The notes under the pieces were generated by a model that was not told the DNA's origin, searched no databases, and worked only from the letters and a program-made list of their open reading frames with translations. The position numbers and the translations under genes are program-made. A stretch of DNA of 64,000 nucleotides, taken from contig OY764159.1 in the NCBI GenBank assembly GCA_963668175.1, positions 4,320,001-4,384,000 on the forward strand, given 5' to 3'. The DNA is from Syntrophales bacterium. GTDB lineage: Bacteria; Desulfobacterota; Syntrophia; Syntrophales; PHBD01. Shown here one piece after another: positions 10,338 through 21,380 of the stretch; position 1 is the stretch's first letter; the number at the start of each line of letters is the position of its first letter.

Positions 10338-10486
10338 GCAGTTCCCGTCGACAGAGGTATTGATTCATTTTTAATGCATTTTCAAAAGCTTGTCAAAGGA
10401 TGGTTGGTCTCCGGGCCTCGGGAATTGCATTGACACGAAAAACGGAATCATGATAGGGCACAGCGAAGACTTTTAAGAGGTAGATT

Positions 10487-11119
10487 ATGTTTTTGAAGCA
10501 GATGCAAGTCAGTCCCATGGCGATATTTGCCTATATCGTCGGCGATGAAGAGAGCGGAGAAGGTTTGGTCATTGATCCGGCAGCCAACACAGCCGGCATC
10601 GCGGCCACAGCAGAACAAAACAATATTAAAATCAAGTACATTGTGAACACTCACGGACATGTCGATCATATCTGTGGCAATACGGAGATGAAAAAGAAGA
10701 CAGGGGCCCGAATCGTTATTCATGAAGCCGACGCGGACTCGCTGATTTCAACGCCCGCCATGATCCTGCGTATGTTCGGCGCCCAGAAATCCCCTCCGGC
10801 CGACATGACCGTCCGGGACGGAGATAAAATAACCGTCGGCAAGGTGTCCCTGCAGGTCCTCCATACCCCCGGCCATACACCGGGGGGCATGTGTCTCTAC
10901 ACGGACGGGTATGTTTTTACGGGCGATACGCTTTTTGTCGGATCGGTCGGGCGGACGGATCTTCCCGGTGGCTCTTCCCGGATCATGATGCAATCCATCC
11001 GCGAAAAACTATTCGGTCTGCCGGACGACACCAAGGTTCTGCCCGGACATAATTACGGCAGCACGGCGATGTCGACCATCGGATACGAGAAGAACCACAA
11101 CCCCTTCCTGAGAGGCTGA
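10487..11119 (+). CDS. MBL-fold metallo-hydrolase (glyoxalase II-like)
   Basis: THGHVDH, HTPGHT, TGDTLF and PGH motifs. Confidence 0.9.
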   Translation: MFLKQMQVSPMAIFAYIVGDEESGEGLVIDPAANTAGIAATAEQNNIKIKYIVNTHGHVDHICGNTEMKKKTGARIVIHEADADSLISTPAMILRMFGAQKSPPADMTVRDGDKITVGKVSLQVLHTPGHTPGGMCLYTDGYVFTGDTLFVGSVGRTDLPGGSSRIMMQSIREKLFGLPDDTKVLPGHNYGSTAMSTIGYEKNHNPFLRG

Positions 11120-11122
11120 CCC

Positions 11123-12007
11123 ATGAGCCAGAACGCCTTAATGAACTCCGATCTTAAGAATCTTAAGCTGCTCAACCGCGGCAAAGTCCGGGACATTTAT
11201 GATGTTGACCCGTATCTCCTGATCGTTACCACGGACCGGATATCGGCCTTTGACGTCGTTATGCCGAACCCGATCCCCGGTAAGGGTGAAGTTCTCAACA
11301 GGATGTCGATTTTCTGGTTCAAGCAGATGGAGGATATCATCGCCAACCACTTGGTGTCGGCCGATCCCGGGGAGTTCCCCGAATCCTGCCGTCCTTATGC
11401 CGAGTTGTTGAAAGGCCGGAGCATGCTGGTCAAAAAGGCCAAGCCGCTTCCCGTAGAGTGTATCGTTCGCGGTTTTATCAGCGGCTCGGGCTGGAAAGAC
11501 TATTTAAAGGAACAGAGTATTTGCGGCATCAAACTGCCTCCGGGTCTCAGAGAATCGGACAAGTTCGCCGAACCCCTGTTTACACCGTCCACCAAGGCGG
11601 AAGTGGGCGAGCACGATGCCCCGATGACGAAGGCGGAGATGGAAGCCCTGATCGGCAGAGAACTTGCGGAGAAGGTGATCCGCGTCAGTATTGCAGTCTA
11701 TGAAAGGGCATTCCGTCTGGCTGATGAGGCAGGGATCATCATTGCCGACACAAAAATGGAATTCGGCACTTTTGATGGGGAACTCATCCTGATCGATGAG
11801 TTGCTGACGCCCGACTCCTCGCGTTTCTGGCCAAAGGACAACTACGAGCCGGGGCGATCCCAGAAAAGCTTCGATAAGCAATTCCTGAGGGATTATCTGC
11901 TTTCTATCAAATGGAACCAGAAACCGCCGGCCCCGGAACTGCCCGAGGAGATCATCCGGAAAACCGGTGCAAAATACAACGATGCCCTGCGGCTTCTCAT
12001 CAAATAA
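11123..12007 (+). CDS. purC: Phosphoribosylaminoimidazole-succinocarboxamide (SAICAR) synthase
   Basis: [30 protein letters not shown] and [12 protein letters not shown] motifs. Confidence 0.97.
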   Translation: MSQNALMNSDLKNLKLLNRGKVRDIYDVDPYLLIVTTDRISAFDVVMPNPIPGKGEVLNRMSIFWFKQMEDIIANHLVSADPGEFPESCRPYAELLKGRSMLVKKAKPLPVECIVRGFISGSGWKDYLKEQSICGIKLPPGLRESDKFAEPLFTPSTKAEVGEHDAPMTKAEMEALIGRELAEKVIRVSIAVYERAFRLADEAGIIIADTKMEFGTFDGELILIDELLTPDSSRFWPKDNYEPGRSQKSFDKQFLRDYLLSIKWNQKPPAPELPEEIIRKTGAKYNDALRLLIK

Positions 12008-12367
12008 AATAAAGGCGACACCTTGACATAACCTCCCGGCGTTATTATCTCTTTATCATTATCACGGCAGGTCGGGAAAAGAGTGTGCCGGACAACGTCT
12101 TCCTCATCTGGTAATCGACGAAAGCGTTATTTCAGCACAAGACGAATTCGGGAATGCCGGTCTTTGTTCCGGCAGGTTCGATCCCGGTGCGGCCAGGGAA
12201 GCCGGGACCAGGGGTTTATTGATCGTTACGCGGTTCATTTTAAATGGAAATCGCCGGCAGTACCGTCGGAAAGCAATCATTCAAAATGAAGGCCGCCGAT
12301 AAAATGCGATTGCGGCCCGAAGATTTTTCATCCGGGTAGAAGAGTTCATAAGAGCGGAAAGTTATAG

Positions 12368-13420
12368 ATGACAAAGCGAGATTATTACGAGATTCTGGGT
12401 ATAGAGAAAAACGCTGCCGATGATGAAATAAAGAAGAATTACCGGCGGCTGGCCATGCTTTATCATCCTGACCGGAACCCCGGGGACAAAGAGGCGGAAG
12501 AGAAATTTAAAGAAGCCGCCGAAGCCTATGAAGTACTTTCCGATTCCCAAAAAAGGGAAATCTATGACAGATACGGTCACGAAGGGCTAAACGGTACAGG
12601 TTTCCGCGGCTTTTCCGGATTCGACGATATTTTTTCCAGTTTCGGCAGTATTTTCGAAGATATTTTCGGTTACAGCCAGGGAAGATCGCGGACAGCTGCG
12701 CGAGCGGGCGCAGACCTTCGTTATGACCTCCAGATTACCTTTTTAGATGCCGCATTTGGTGTATCGACCGAGATAGAAATCGTCAAGATGGAGTCGTGCA
12801 ACGAATGCAGCGGCTTGGGAGCGGCCCCCGGGACAACGCCCGAAACGTGCCCCCGTTGCGGAGGCCGGGGTCAAATAACCCAGTCAAGCGGCTTTTTCAG
12901 TATAAGTTCCACCTGCTCCTATTGCAGGGGACAGGGAACCATCATCACCAATCCCTGTAAAGCCTGCAAAGGTACGGGGAAGGAACAGACCAAAAAGACC
13001 GCGAGCATCAAAATCCCTGCGGGTGTGGAATCGGGCTCCCGCCTGAGGTTGAGAGGGGAAGGTGAAACGGGTCAATTCGGAGGCCCCCCGGGCGATTTGT
13101 ACGTCTTCATTCATGTCCAGCCGCATGAATTATTCGAAAGGAGAGGGAACGACATCTATTGCCGCGTACCCATATCTTTTGTCCAGGCGGCGCTCGGCGC
13201 GACGCTGGAAGTTCCCACGCTCAACGGAACGGAATCGCTGAAAATCCCTAAAGGCACGCAGCATGGCAAGTCCTTTCGCCTTAAAGGCAAGGGAATCCCT
13301 CACTTAAGGGGGTTCGGCCGCGGCGATCAATTCGTGGAAACCCAAGTGGTGGTGCCGACCAATCTGACACGTAAACAGGAAGAACTGCTGAGAGAATTCG
13401 AAAAATCTGGACAGAAATAG
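12368..13420 (+). CDS. dnaJ: Chaperone DnaJ
   Basis: J-domain with HPD, G/F-rich linker, four CxxCxGxG repeats and C-terminal domain. Confidence 0.97.
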   Translation: MTKRDYYEILGIEKNAADDEIKKNYRRLAMLYHPDRNPGDKEAEEKFKEAAEAYEVLSDSQKREIYDRYGHEGLNGTGFRGFSGFDDIFSSFGSIFEDIFGYSQGRSRTAARAGADLRYDLQITFLDAAFGVSTEIEIVKMESCNECSGLGAAPGTTPETCPRCGGRGQITQSSGFFSISSTCSYCRGQGTIITNPCKACKGTGKEQTKKTASIKIPAGVESGSRLRLRGEGETGQFGGPPGDLYVFIHVQPHELFERRGNDIYCRVPISFVQAALGATLEVPTLNGTESLKIPKGTQHGKSFRLKGKGIPHLRGFGRGDQFVETQVVVPTNLTRKQEELLREFEKSGQK

Positions 13421-13515
13421 TCCTTTTGGAGTATCGGTCTTGACGACGGGGAAGTGGTGTTTGTTTCGTGAAACGGTCAACGCACATCAAGCTGTCGGCA
13501 AAGAAAGGAATGATC

Positions 13516-13959
13516 ATGACGACAAGAAGAAATCTCACCTGGTTGGCTTTGGCGGTTTTTGTCCTGTCCGGTTGCGCGGCCCCGGCCGTTGCCGTCCTGG
13601 CAGTGGGAGCTGCCGCCGGTACCGGCGTCGGAACTTATGCCTATGTTAATGGTGAACTGGTGACGGACTACCATGCATCATTCGACAAAGTCTGGTCAGC
13701 CTGTGAAAAGACGATTGCCGATATGAGGGGTTATGAGGTCCAGCCCGAAAAAGGGATAGGCGACGGGACCATATCGGCTGTCATAGAAGCCGATAAAGTC
13801 AAATTCACTCTGAAATATAAGAACAAGAATACGACGAATGTAGCCATTCGCGTCGGCCTTATAGGCAATCGGACATCGTCGCAACTTCTCCATGACCGAA
13901 TTCACGAAAATCTTGAAAAAGCCGAGCCCGAGAAGAAGAATGAAGCCGATAAAAAATGA
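13516..13959 (+). CDS. DUF3568-like lipoprotein
   Basis: Signal peptide with lipobox LSGC, GAAAGTG...YVNGEL and IRVGLIG motifs. Confidence 0.75.
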   Translation: MTTRRNLTWLALAVFVLSGCAAPAVAVLAVGAAAGTGVGTYAYVNGELVTDYHASFDKVWSACEKTIADMRGYEVQPEKGIGDGTISAVIEADKVKFTLKYKNKNTTNVAIRVGLIGNRTSSQLLHDRIHENLEKAEPEKKNEADKK

Positions 13960-14020
13960 CAGCTCTTATACCGGAAAGAGCAATGTCGGCTGATCGCTGA
14001 CCCTGCGGGACAATTGGCTG

Positions 14021-15031
14021 ATGAAAAAAAAACTCATCATTGGCACGGCTTTAAGCCTTGTTCTCGTTTACTTGTCGGTCAGAGGCGTCAACTTCCAGAG
14101 CATCGCTGACGGTTTCAAGACCATCCGATACAGCTTCGTACTGCCCAGCGTTGCCGCCATGATGCTCATGCAGGTTCTTCGCTCCGTGCGATGGGGTGAA
14201 ATCCTTGCGCCCCTCGAAAAAATCAATCAAGTGTCTCTTCTATCGGCAACCTGCGTCGGCTTCTTCGCCATCGTCGCCATTCCGGCAAGGATCGGGGAAT
14301 TGGCGAGGCCCATCCTCATCACTCAGAAAAGCCGCGTGAAAATGAGTGCCGCCGTGGGGACGATCGTTGTGGAACGAATTTTCGACGGCGTATCCATCCT
14401 GGTGATAACATCCTTCGTTCCCCTTTTCCTGACCGATTTACCTGCCTGGCTGATCAGCTCCGGCCTTATTTTTTCTCTGATGACGTTTATACTGCTGTCA
14501 TGTATGGTTTTCATGATCGTGAAACGCAACAAGGCCGTTTCCATGTTTTCACACGTAACCAAGCTATTGCCCGATCGCTACGCCCAAAAGGCAGACGGCC
14601 TGATTCATCATTTTATCGACGGGCTGCAGGCCATAACGGATTTGAGACAACTGGTCCGCATATCCATCTTATCTATCATGATCTGGGCGGCCGATGTTGC
14701 CGCCTTTTACCTGCTTTTCCTGGCCTGCGGCCTCAATCTTCCCATAGCTGCCGCTGTGGTCGTGCTCGTCATTCTGATCATCGGCATCGCCATCCCAACG
14801 GCGCCGGGTTTTATCGGTAATTGGCACTACGCCTGTATTCTCGGATTGGGTCTTTTCGGAATTTCCAAGACGGACGCCCTCACCTATGCGGTCGTTTCAC
14901 ACTTCCTGTCCCTGATGATCATCATTATTCCCGGCCTTATATTCCTGCCCTTTAACCGGTTTTCGATCGCCGACCTCAAGCGGCAGTGGAGCGACGGAAG
15001 TTCTCATCCGGCATCAAGCCCTTCGGATTAG
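14021..15031 (+). CDS. Lysylphosphatidylglycerol synthase TM / flippase-like (UPF0104) membrane protein
   Basis: PARIGELAR, VVERIFD and PTAPGFIG motifs, multiple TM helices. Confidence 0.85.
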   Translation: MKKKLIIGTALSLVLVYLSVRGVNFQSIADGFKTIRYSFVLPSVAAMMLMQVLRSVRWGEILAPLEKINQVSLLSATCVGFFAIVAIPARIGELARPILITQKSRVKMSAAVGTIVVERIFDGVSILVITSFVPLFLTDLPAWLISSGLIFSLMTFILLSCMVFMIVKRNKAVSMFSHVTKLLPDRYAQKADGLIHHFIDGLQAITDLRQLVRISILSIMIWAADVAAFYLLFLACGLNLPIAAAVVVLVILIIGIAIPTAPGFIGNWHYACILGLGLFGISKTDALTYAVVSHFLSLMIIIIPGLIFLPFNRFSIADLKRQWSDGSSHPASSPSD

Positions 15032-15059
15032 TTTTCTTGAGATGTATTGATATGTGTTC

Positions 15060-16439
15060 TTAATGGATCCCGTTGCTCGATTTGACATCCAAACCGTAGC
15101 TTTTGATCTTCCTGTGCAAATTGCTTCTTTCGAGGCCGATCGCTTCCGCCGTTTTGGAGATGTTACCTTCGAATTCACGGAGTTTGTTGGCTATATACTG
15201 TTTCTCGAAATCCATCTTCGCCGCCCGGAAAGAATCCAGAGCGCTGGCGGGCATGCTTTTCACATGAGCATCCACTGATCCCTTGACCAACAGGGGAATA
15301 TCTTCAGCCGTAATGACCTTACCCGACGTCATGATCACAAGGCGTTCGATGATGTTCTTCAGTTCCCTGACATTACCGGGCCAATTATGTTCCATAAGCA
15401 GGGAAAGCGCTTCATCGCTGATAGTCTTTTCGATTTCGCCTTCCTTCATGGAGAATTCCATAAGGAAGCGTTTGACCAGAAGGGCTATGTCTTCCTTTCT
15501 CTCCCTAAGAGGCGGGATCTTCAGAGGAATGACATTGAGGCGGTAGTAAAGGTCCTGTCTGAATCGGCCCTCTTCCATTTCCCTTTCCAGGTCCTTGTTG
15601 GTCGCAGCAATAACACGGACATCCGTCGTTATCAGCCGGTTCCCCCCGACACGCTCGAAGGTTTTCTCCTGCAGGATCCGCAGCGTCTTGGCCTGAACCT
15701 TCTGGCTCATGTCGGCCACTTCATCCAGAAATATCGTACCTTCATGGGCCAAATCGAATTTGCCCCTCTTCTTTGCGGTAGCCCCCGTAAAGGCCCCTTT
15801 TTCATGACCGAATAGTTCGCTCTCGATCAGCTCTTCGGGAATGGCTGCGCAGTTGACTTCCACAAAGGGCTTATGAGACCGTTTACTGTTTCTGTGAATC
15901 GCCCTGGCAACCAGTTCCTTGCCCGTCCCATTTTCCCCCATGATTAGAATCCAGGCGTTGGTAGGCGCCACAATGCCGATCGTCTCCTTAAGCTCCTGGA
16001 TGATCAGGCTGTCCCCGGTCAATTCATAGTTGTGAGTCAACTTCTGCTTCAACAACTTGTTTTCTTCTTCCAGCCTCAACATATCGAGGGCATGGTTGAT
16101 GATCAGAATGACCTTTTCCAATGACAGCGGTTTCTCGATGAAATCGAAGGCGCCGAGTTTCGTTGCTTTAACGGCCGTTTCGATCGTGCCGTGACCGGAC
16201 ATCATGATAACCGGAATGACCGGGAATTCGGTCTTGATGTACTTCAAGGCCTCGATGCCGTCCATGCCCGGAAGCCAGATGTCGAGCAGTATCAGGTTGG
16301 GCATTTCCTCTTCCGCCAGTCTGATGGCTTCTTCGCCGCTTCCTGCGGTCAAAACCTCAAAACCTTCATCCATCAGGATGCCCGAAAGGCTTTGACGGAT
16401 ACTTTCTTCGTCATCGACGACCAGAATTGTTCGTTGCAT
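15060..16439 (-). CDS. ntrX: Sigma-54-dependent response regulator, NtrX-like
   Basis: Receiver domain (VVDDE, LLDIW), AAA+ GENGTGKE and GAFTGA, Fis-type HTH. Downstream of an NtrY-like kinase. Confidence 0.88.
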   Translation of the reverse strand: MQRTILVVDDEESIRQSLSGILMDEGFEVLTAGSGEEAIRLAEEEMPNLILLDIWLPGMDGIEALKYIKTEFPVIPVIMMSGHGTIETAVKATKLGAFDFIEKPLSLEKVILIINHALDMLRLEEENKLLKQKLTHNYELTGDSLIIQELKETIGIVAPTNAWILIMGENGTGKELVARAIHRNSKRSHKPFVEVNCAAIPEELIESELFGHEKGAFTGATAKKRGKFDLAHEGTIFLDEVADMSQKVQAKTLRILQEKTFERVGGNRLITTDVRVIAATNKDLEREMEEGRFRQDLYYRLNVIPLKIPPLRERKEDIALLVKRFLMEFSMKEGEIEKTISDEALSLLMEHNWPGNVRELKNIIERLVIMTSGKVITAEDIPLLVKGSVDAHVKSMPASALDSFRAAKMDFEKQYIANKLREFEGNISKTAEAIGLERSNLHRKIKSYGLDVKSSNGIH

Positions 16440-16543
16440 CGTTTACGTCACCTTCCCAATGATTGATAGCGGTCCTTGATATCCATTATCTGAATCTTCG
16501 CACGCCATAGAGGACGCGTCAGCGGCTTTTCATGCGAGAGGAT

Positions 16544-18760
16544 CTATATCTCAGGCACGGGCAATTCGAAGGCCACAATGGTTCCGGCGGGATCGTTGTC
16601 CCTCACTTCGACACGCCCCTGGTGATCGGATATGATCGAAGTGACGATCGCCAGCCCCAACCCCGTTCCCGATTTCTTTGTCGAAAAATACGGTTCGAAT
16701 ATTTTCATTTTATAGCGATGTGGCACGCCGCACCCGTTATCGGCGACTTCCACCTTCACCTTCCTCGCGGCCGGATCGTAGCTGGTCGTTATTTCGACGC
16801 GGCCGCCTGTTTTATCTATGGCAGCCACAGCATTATCAAGGAGATTGATCATAACACGATTTAACTTTTCCGCGTCAATATTTAATTTCGGAATCTCTTT
16901 GTCCTGTTTGAATTCAAACGTAATATCCTTATGGGCATCCTGGAAGAGAATGATCGGATCGTTAATGACTGCATTCAAATCGTTGGGAAGAGGGTTGGTG
17001 GCCGGCATTTTGGCATATTGGGAGAAGGCATTAACCAGATTCTTCAGGACCTCAACCTGATCTATGATCGTCCGGGTACATTCGTGAAAGATATCTCCGT
17101 CGTCTGCCAGCTTGTCGCCGTATTTCTTCTGGAGCCTCTGTGCGGACAACTGGATCGGTGTTAAGGGATTCTTGATCTCATGGGCCATCCTGCGGGCGAC
17201 TTCTCTCCACGCGGCGGCTCTCTCGGCCTTCTGCAGCTGTGTCAGGTCTTCAAAGACGACAACGATGCCCATATCGTCCCCTTCATCATCCAGAATCGTG
17301 GTCGCCGTCATCAGAATGGTTAAGACTTTATCGCTAAGAGCAAGTTCGATCTGTTTTTCAATAAATCCCTGTCCGCCTTCTTTCATCTCCAGGAGAAGCT
17401 CGTTCACCAGAGCCATGTATTCCGGGCTGAGCACGTCTTCATAACGATGGTTCAGGACTCTGGCGGTATCGATGCCGAGTGTCCTTTCCGCCGCACGGTT
17501 GATGGTCGTGATCACACCCCTTTGATCCGTTGAAATGACGCCGGCCGATACGTCCCTGAGAACCGTTTCCATATACTTGCGCCGTCTCTCAAGATCGATA
17601 TTCGCCTGCTCCAAGCCTTCATTGCTGTTCTTCAAGTCCTGGGTCATCTGGTTGAATGAATCGACAAGGATGCCGATTTCGTCATTGGCAACGATATTGA
17701 TCCTGTGGTCCAGGTTGCCGCGGGCAATCTTGCGGGTGGCTTCAGCCAAATCCTGAATAGGCACGATAATCCCCTGCGCCAGAAAAAGGCCGAACCATGT
17801 TGCGCAGAATATGATGAGGAGGGTCACGGCAAAGAGCGTAATCATATAGCTGAATTTAATGGGGTTCTTAAGAAGGCTGATTTGCTTGTATTGCTCGGAC
17901 GCCTTTGAAACCACGGCTATTTTATCAACCATCACCTTGGGGATGAAGTATCCTACGACCACAACGCCGATGACTTCCTTCGCCCCCCCTTGGATATAAA
18001 TGGGAGCTGCGCCCCTGATAAAATCCCCGTTGCCCGATGCCTGGATCGTCGAAACCTCTTTGCCGCTGAAGACATCTTCAAGAACATTGGGAAGAAGAGG
18101 CATAACGGCCAGGTTCTTGTCGTTACGGTCATAAACAACCAGTTTTTCGCGCTGGTTGTCGAAGTAGACTTCGATCATCCCCAGGTTATAATTCTTCTGG
18201 CGCTGTTCGATCAGGGCCTTTAGATAGAGGGTTTTATCCTTTTCGTAGAGTCGGCTCGTCGAAACATCGGAAGCCATCTGCCTTGCATAATACTTCGCGT
18301 AGTCCGCCGTCTGCTGATAATAGAGTTGGGCCACTTCGACGGTTTGATTAAGGGCGTCACCTATTTTAAGATTGAACCAGTTCTCGATGCTGTACGACAG
18401 GAAGTTGATGGATATCAGAAAGAGAATGACGGTCGGTATGAGCGACAGGCTGACAAAGGCCGCTACCAGTTTCGTCCTTAACTTGGAACCGATAACACCG
18501 TGGCGCCTTTCGTAAATCAGTTTGACGACATTACGGATAATCAGGAACAGTAAGAGGATGATCAGGATGATATTGATGTTGATGAGGCCGAAAATGAGCA
18601 CGTTGTCCGATATCGGCAGGATGCTCTCTTTACTCGATATCTGGCTTTCGACAAAGGAAAGGACGATGATGAGGATAATCGTCGCAATGATGATGATCCT
18701 TTCCCGAAAACGCTTACGCGCTTCCCTTTCATCGATATTGCCGCGTGTCGAATCCGTCAT
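16544..18760 (-). CDS. ntrY: NtrY-like sensor histidine kinase (TM, HAMP, PAS, HisKA, HATPase)
   Basis: AAWREVARRMAHEIKNPLTPIQLSAQRL H-box, GSKLRTKLV, DNGCG and GTGLGL motifs. Confidence 0.9.
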   Translation of the reverse strand: MTDSTRGNIDEREARKRFRERIIIIATIILIIVLSFVESQISSKESILPISDNVLIFGLININIILIILLLFLIIRNVVKLIYERRHGVIGSKLRTKLVAAFVSLSLIPTVILFLISINFLSYSIENWFNLKIGDALNQTVEVAQLYYQQTADYAKYYARQMASDVSTSRLYEKDKTLYLKALIEQRQKNYNLGMIEVYFDNQREKLVVYDRNDKNLAVMPLLPNVLEDVFSGKEVSTIQASGNGDFIRGAAPIYIQGGAKEVIGVVVVGYFIPKVMVDKIAVVSKASEQYKQISLLKNPIKFSYMITLFAVTLLIIFCATWFGLFLAQGIIVPIQDLAEATRKIARGNLDHRINIVANDEIGILVDSFNQMTQDLKNSNEGLEQANIDLERRRKYMETVLRDVSAGVISTDQRGVITTINRAAERTLGIDTARVLNHRYEDVLSPEYMALVNELLLEMKEGGQGFIEKQIELALSDKVLTILMTATTILDDEGDDMGIVVVFEDLTQLQKAERAAAWREVARRMAHEIKNPLTPIQLSAQRLQKKYGDKLADDGDIFHECTRTIIDQVEVLKNLVNAFSQYAKMPATNPLPNDLNAVINDPIILFQDAHKDITFEFKQDKEIPKLNIDAEKLNRVMINLLDNAVAAIDKTGGRVEITTSYDPAARKVKVEVADNGCGVPHRYKMKIFEPYFSTKKSGTGLGLAIVTSIISDHQGRVEVRDNDPAGTIVAFELPVPEI

Positions 18761-18764
18761 AACG

Positions 18765-19352
18765 TTAATATCTGAATTCTTCTTTGAACCATCTGGTTTC
18801 GAAATCCCACAAAGAGACGAAGAAAAATACGTATTCCATTTTGAGGGGGAGCGTCACCCTTTTCAGTTTAGCCTTTATCTCGAGATAGTAGCCCATATTT
18901 TTTTTGAGATCGGCAACCGGCACGATTTCCAGACCGCTTAGATCGACCATCACCTCTTTTGCGGCATTAAAATCCTGGTGCGATGAAGGTTCCTTGGCCC
19001 GGCTGGAAGACACGAAGAATGTTTTCTTCACAGGATCATACTTGATCGTGTGCTCTATGACCTGGCTCGATAATTTCTTGTCGAACCAGAATGATCGCCT
19101 CTGGTAAAAATCCACATAGAACGTGAATGTCATGGGTATCCCCGCCAGAATGGCCTCATCCATGTCCTTCGTGAAGCCGTTGGCGACTTTTGCAAAAACG
19201 ACCACGGAACGAGGATTTTTCTCGATCAGAACATCCCGGATTTGCGCCTCCGCGCTATAAGAAATAATGGGGCATGCGAAAAGAAGGAATAATAAAAGGG
19301 GAAAGACCAACCAGAATTTGCTCAAGGCTTCAAGCGGTTTGCCTCCCGACAT
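18765..19352 (-). CDS. DUF4390 family protein
   Basis: Signal-like N-terminus, C-terminal WDFETRW, and the usual position upstream of ntrY. Start uncertain. Confidence 0.8.
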   Translation of the reverse strand: MSGGKPLEALSKFWLVFPLLLFLLFACPIISYSAEAQIRDVLIEKNPRSVVVFAKVANGFTKDMDEAILAGIPMTFTFYVDFYQRRSFWFDKKLSSQVIEHTIKYDPVKKTFFVSSSRAKEPSSHQDFNAAKEVMVDLSGLEIVPVADLKKNMGYYLEIKAKLKRVTLPLKMEYVFFFVSLWDFETRWFKEEFRY

Positions 19353-19562
19353 GGAAATATCCGGGCAATTATCTTGAATCCTTGATGATTCCAAAAAAGT
19401 GATAACCATCATCGATTCTTCAACGGCCTTACGGCAGAGTCCTTTATTCCTGAAATGTTCTTGATTTTAGATTGTTTTTCGTATTGGGGGGTATAGTAAG
19501 AAACTGAAGATTAAAAAGCAAGTTCAATTTCGTATGCCGGGCGCCCAATCCATACGGAGGGA

Positions 19563-20492
19563 TCAAGCATTGACGGCATCCAGGATGCTGAAGGAGGGAA
19601 GCTTGAGCGGCAAAGCGCAATCGGCCAGTTCGTCGCTCGCTTGGTCGACGATGATCCAATTCTCTTGATGGGCCATGAGTTCCCTGAGGAGCATATTGTT
19701 CAACTTATGGCCGGATTTAAAAGCCGAAAAGTGTCCGATAATGGGCATACCCAGGAGAGACAGATCCCCGATCGCATCCAGAATCTTGTGTTTCACGAAT
19801 TCCAGGGGGCATCTCAATCCCTCCTTGTTCAGAATTCTGTTTTCATCAAGGACGATGGCATTCTTTAATGAGCCGCCCAGGGCGAGCCCCTTGGCTTGTA
19901 AGTATTCGACATCCCTAAGAAATCCGAATGTCCTGGCGGCGCAGATCTCCTTTTCGTAATTCTCATCGGAGAAAATCATCTCATAAGACTGATCGCCGAT
20001 CAGCGGATGGCTGAAACCGATTTGGTAAGAAATTTTGTACTCCGAACACGGCGACAGGGTTGCATGTCCCTCTCCGTCCTTGACGGTTGTCGGCCTGGTC
20101 ACGACCAACAATTTTTTAGATACGCCCTGCGTGCGCGTTCCCACATCTTTCAGGAGTTCCACAAAAGGCCGCGAACTGCCGTCCATAATGGGGACTTCGG
20201 GGCCGTCAACCTCGACAATGGCGTTGTCGACGCCCATGCCGAAAAGGGCGGACATCAAGTGCTCAATCGTAGAGATGACCGTTCCGTTGGATCTGATCGT
20301 CGTCGCCAGCATCGTTTCACTTACGTTGTTATAATCCGCTTTGATTCTATGTCCGTTGGAAAGGTCTTTGCGAACAAAAACGATTCCTTCTTCCGCATCG
20401 GCAGGCCGGATGGTCATGTTCACCTTGCGCCCTGAATGTAAGCCTATGTTGATACAACTGATATTCTTTTTTATGGTCCTTTGCAGGTGCAT
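19563..20492 (-). CDS. lpxC: UDP-3-O-acyl-N-acetylglucosamine deacetylase
   Basis: GLHSG, TIEHLMSAL, PIMDGSS and HKILDAIGDL motifs. Confidence 0.97.
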   Translation of the reverse strand: MHLQRTIKKNISCINIGLHSGRKVNMTIRPADAEEGIVFVRKDLSNGHRIKADYNNVSETMLATTIRSNGTVISTIEHLMSALFGMGVDNAIVEVDGPEVPIMDGSSRPFVELLKDVGTRTQGVSKKLLVVTRPTTVKDGEGHATLSPCSEYKISYQIGFSHPLIGDQSYEMIFSDENYEKEICAARTFGFLRDVEYLQAKGLALGGSLKNAIVLDENRILNKEGLRCPLEFVKHKILDAIGDLSLLGMPIIGHFSAFKSGHKLNNMLLRELMAHQENWIIVDQASDELADCALPLKLPSFSILDAVNA

Positions 20493-20724
20493 GCCTCATC
20501 CTCGTTTGTCAAATTAATCTATTTATGGACGCAATTATCGTACCATGCATTTACGGCTCGCTTATAAAGTCTGTCGTACACGCAATATGTCAATACTAAA
20601 ACAATTTCTCCGATTTATCAGCCGGCCCCCGCCGACCTGTTCGGACATGCATGTGTCAAAAACGCCACAAAAAGCCGGCCTGCCTGTTTTTAAAAATACA
20701 GGATCGGTGCGTGAACGGGATATC

Positions 20725-21255
20725 TCACGATCGGGCATACCGTTCATTTTCGCTGTATATACAGCCGCAATACTGTTGACGGTACATCCCCGCCATTTTT
20801 GAAAGCTTCATCCCCTCCGACCAACCGCTCCGGAAATCGCGATAGAGAAAGGGAACTTGATACTTCCGGGCCATCGCTTCGCCGATATCCTTGATCATGT
20901 CGTGCTTCTGATACTTGCTGTACAGGAGCGTCGTCGTAAATCCTTCAAATTTCCGCGCTCCCGCCTCTCGGGCGGCAAACTCCAACCGCATGCTGTAGCA
21001 AAGGAAGCAACGTTCATCTTCCCGAGGGACGACATTTTTCAGAAACGTTTCAAAGGGGTAGTCTTCGGGATGATCGACGTCCAACTGATGTTGTTCGGCA
21101 TACGCGAGAAGGGTTTCGAAGCGTTTTTTATATTCCAGCCGGGGATGAATATTGGGGTTATAAAAGAGGCCCTTGATCTCATGTCCTTCCTCCCTCAGCA
21201 CTTTCAAAGGGAAGATGGCGCAGGGACCGCAGCAGATATGAAGCAGTATTTCCAT
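20725..21255 (-). CDS. queH: Epoxyqueuosine reductase QueH
   Basis: LLHICCGPC, FYNPNIHP, RCFLCY..RL and YRQQYCGC motifs. Confidence 0.93.
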   Translation of the reverse strand: MEILLHICCGPCAIFPLKVLREEGHEIKGLFYNPNIHPRLEYKKRFETLLAYAEQHQLDVDHPEDYPFETFLKNVVPREDERCFLCYSMRLEFAAREAGARKFEGFTTTLLYSKYQKHDMIKDIGEAMARKYQVPFLYRDFRSGWSEGMKLSKMAGMYRQQYCGCIYSENERYARS

Positions 21256-21380
21256 ATTTTTCAATGCTCAGGCTGTTCAAATATACGGGAAGGCAGAAGG
21301 TCCTGATTCCCGAAAAGCGAGTGTGCTGCGCAGTATCTCTGGAATGACGAAGAATGGAAACAACGCTGCTGACGGCTTTT

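Noticed and set aside
12150..12200. tRNA-like fragment (GGTTCGATCCC...GGCCA)
   Set aside because: No proper T-stem, anticodon arm or acceptor stem.
12276..12302. Sigma28-like GCCGATAA upstream of dnaJ
   Set aside because: No TAAA-like -35 element at the 15-nt spacing.
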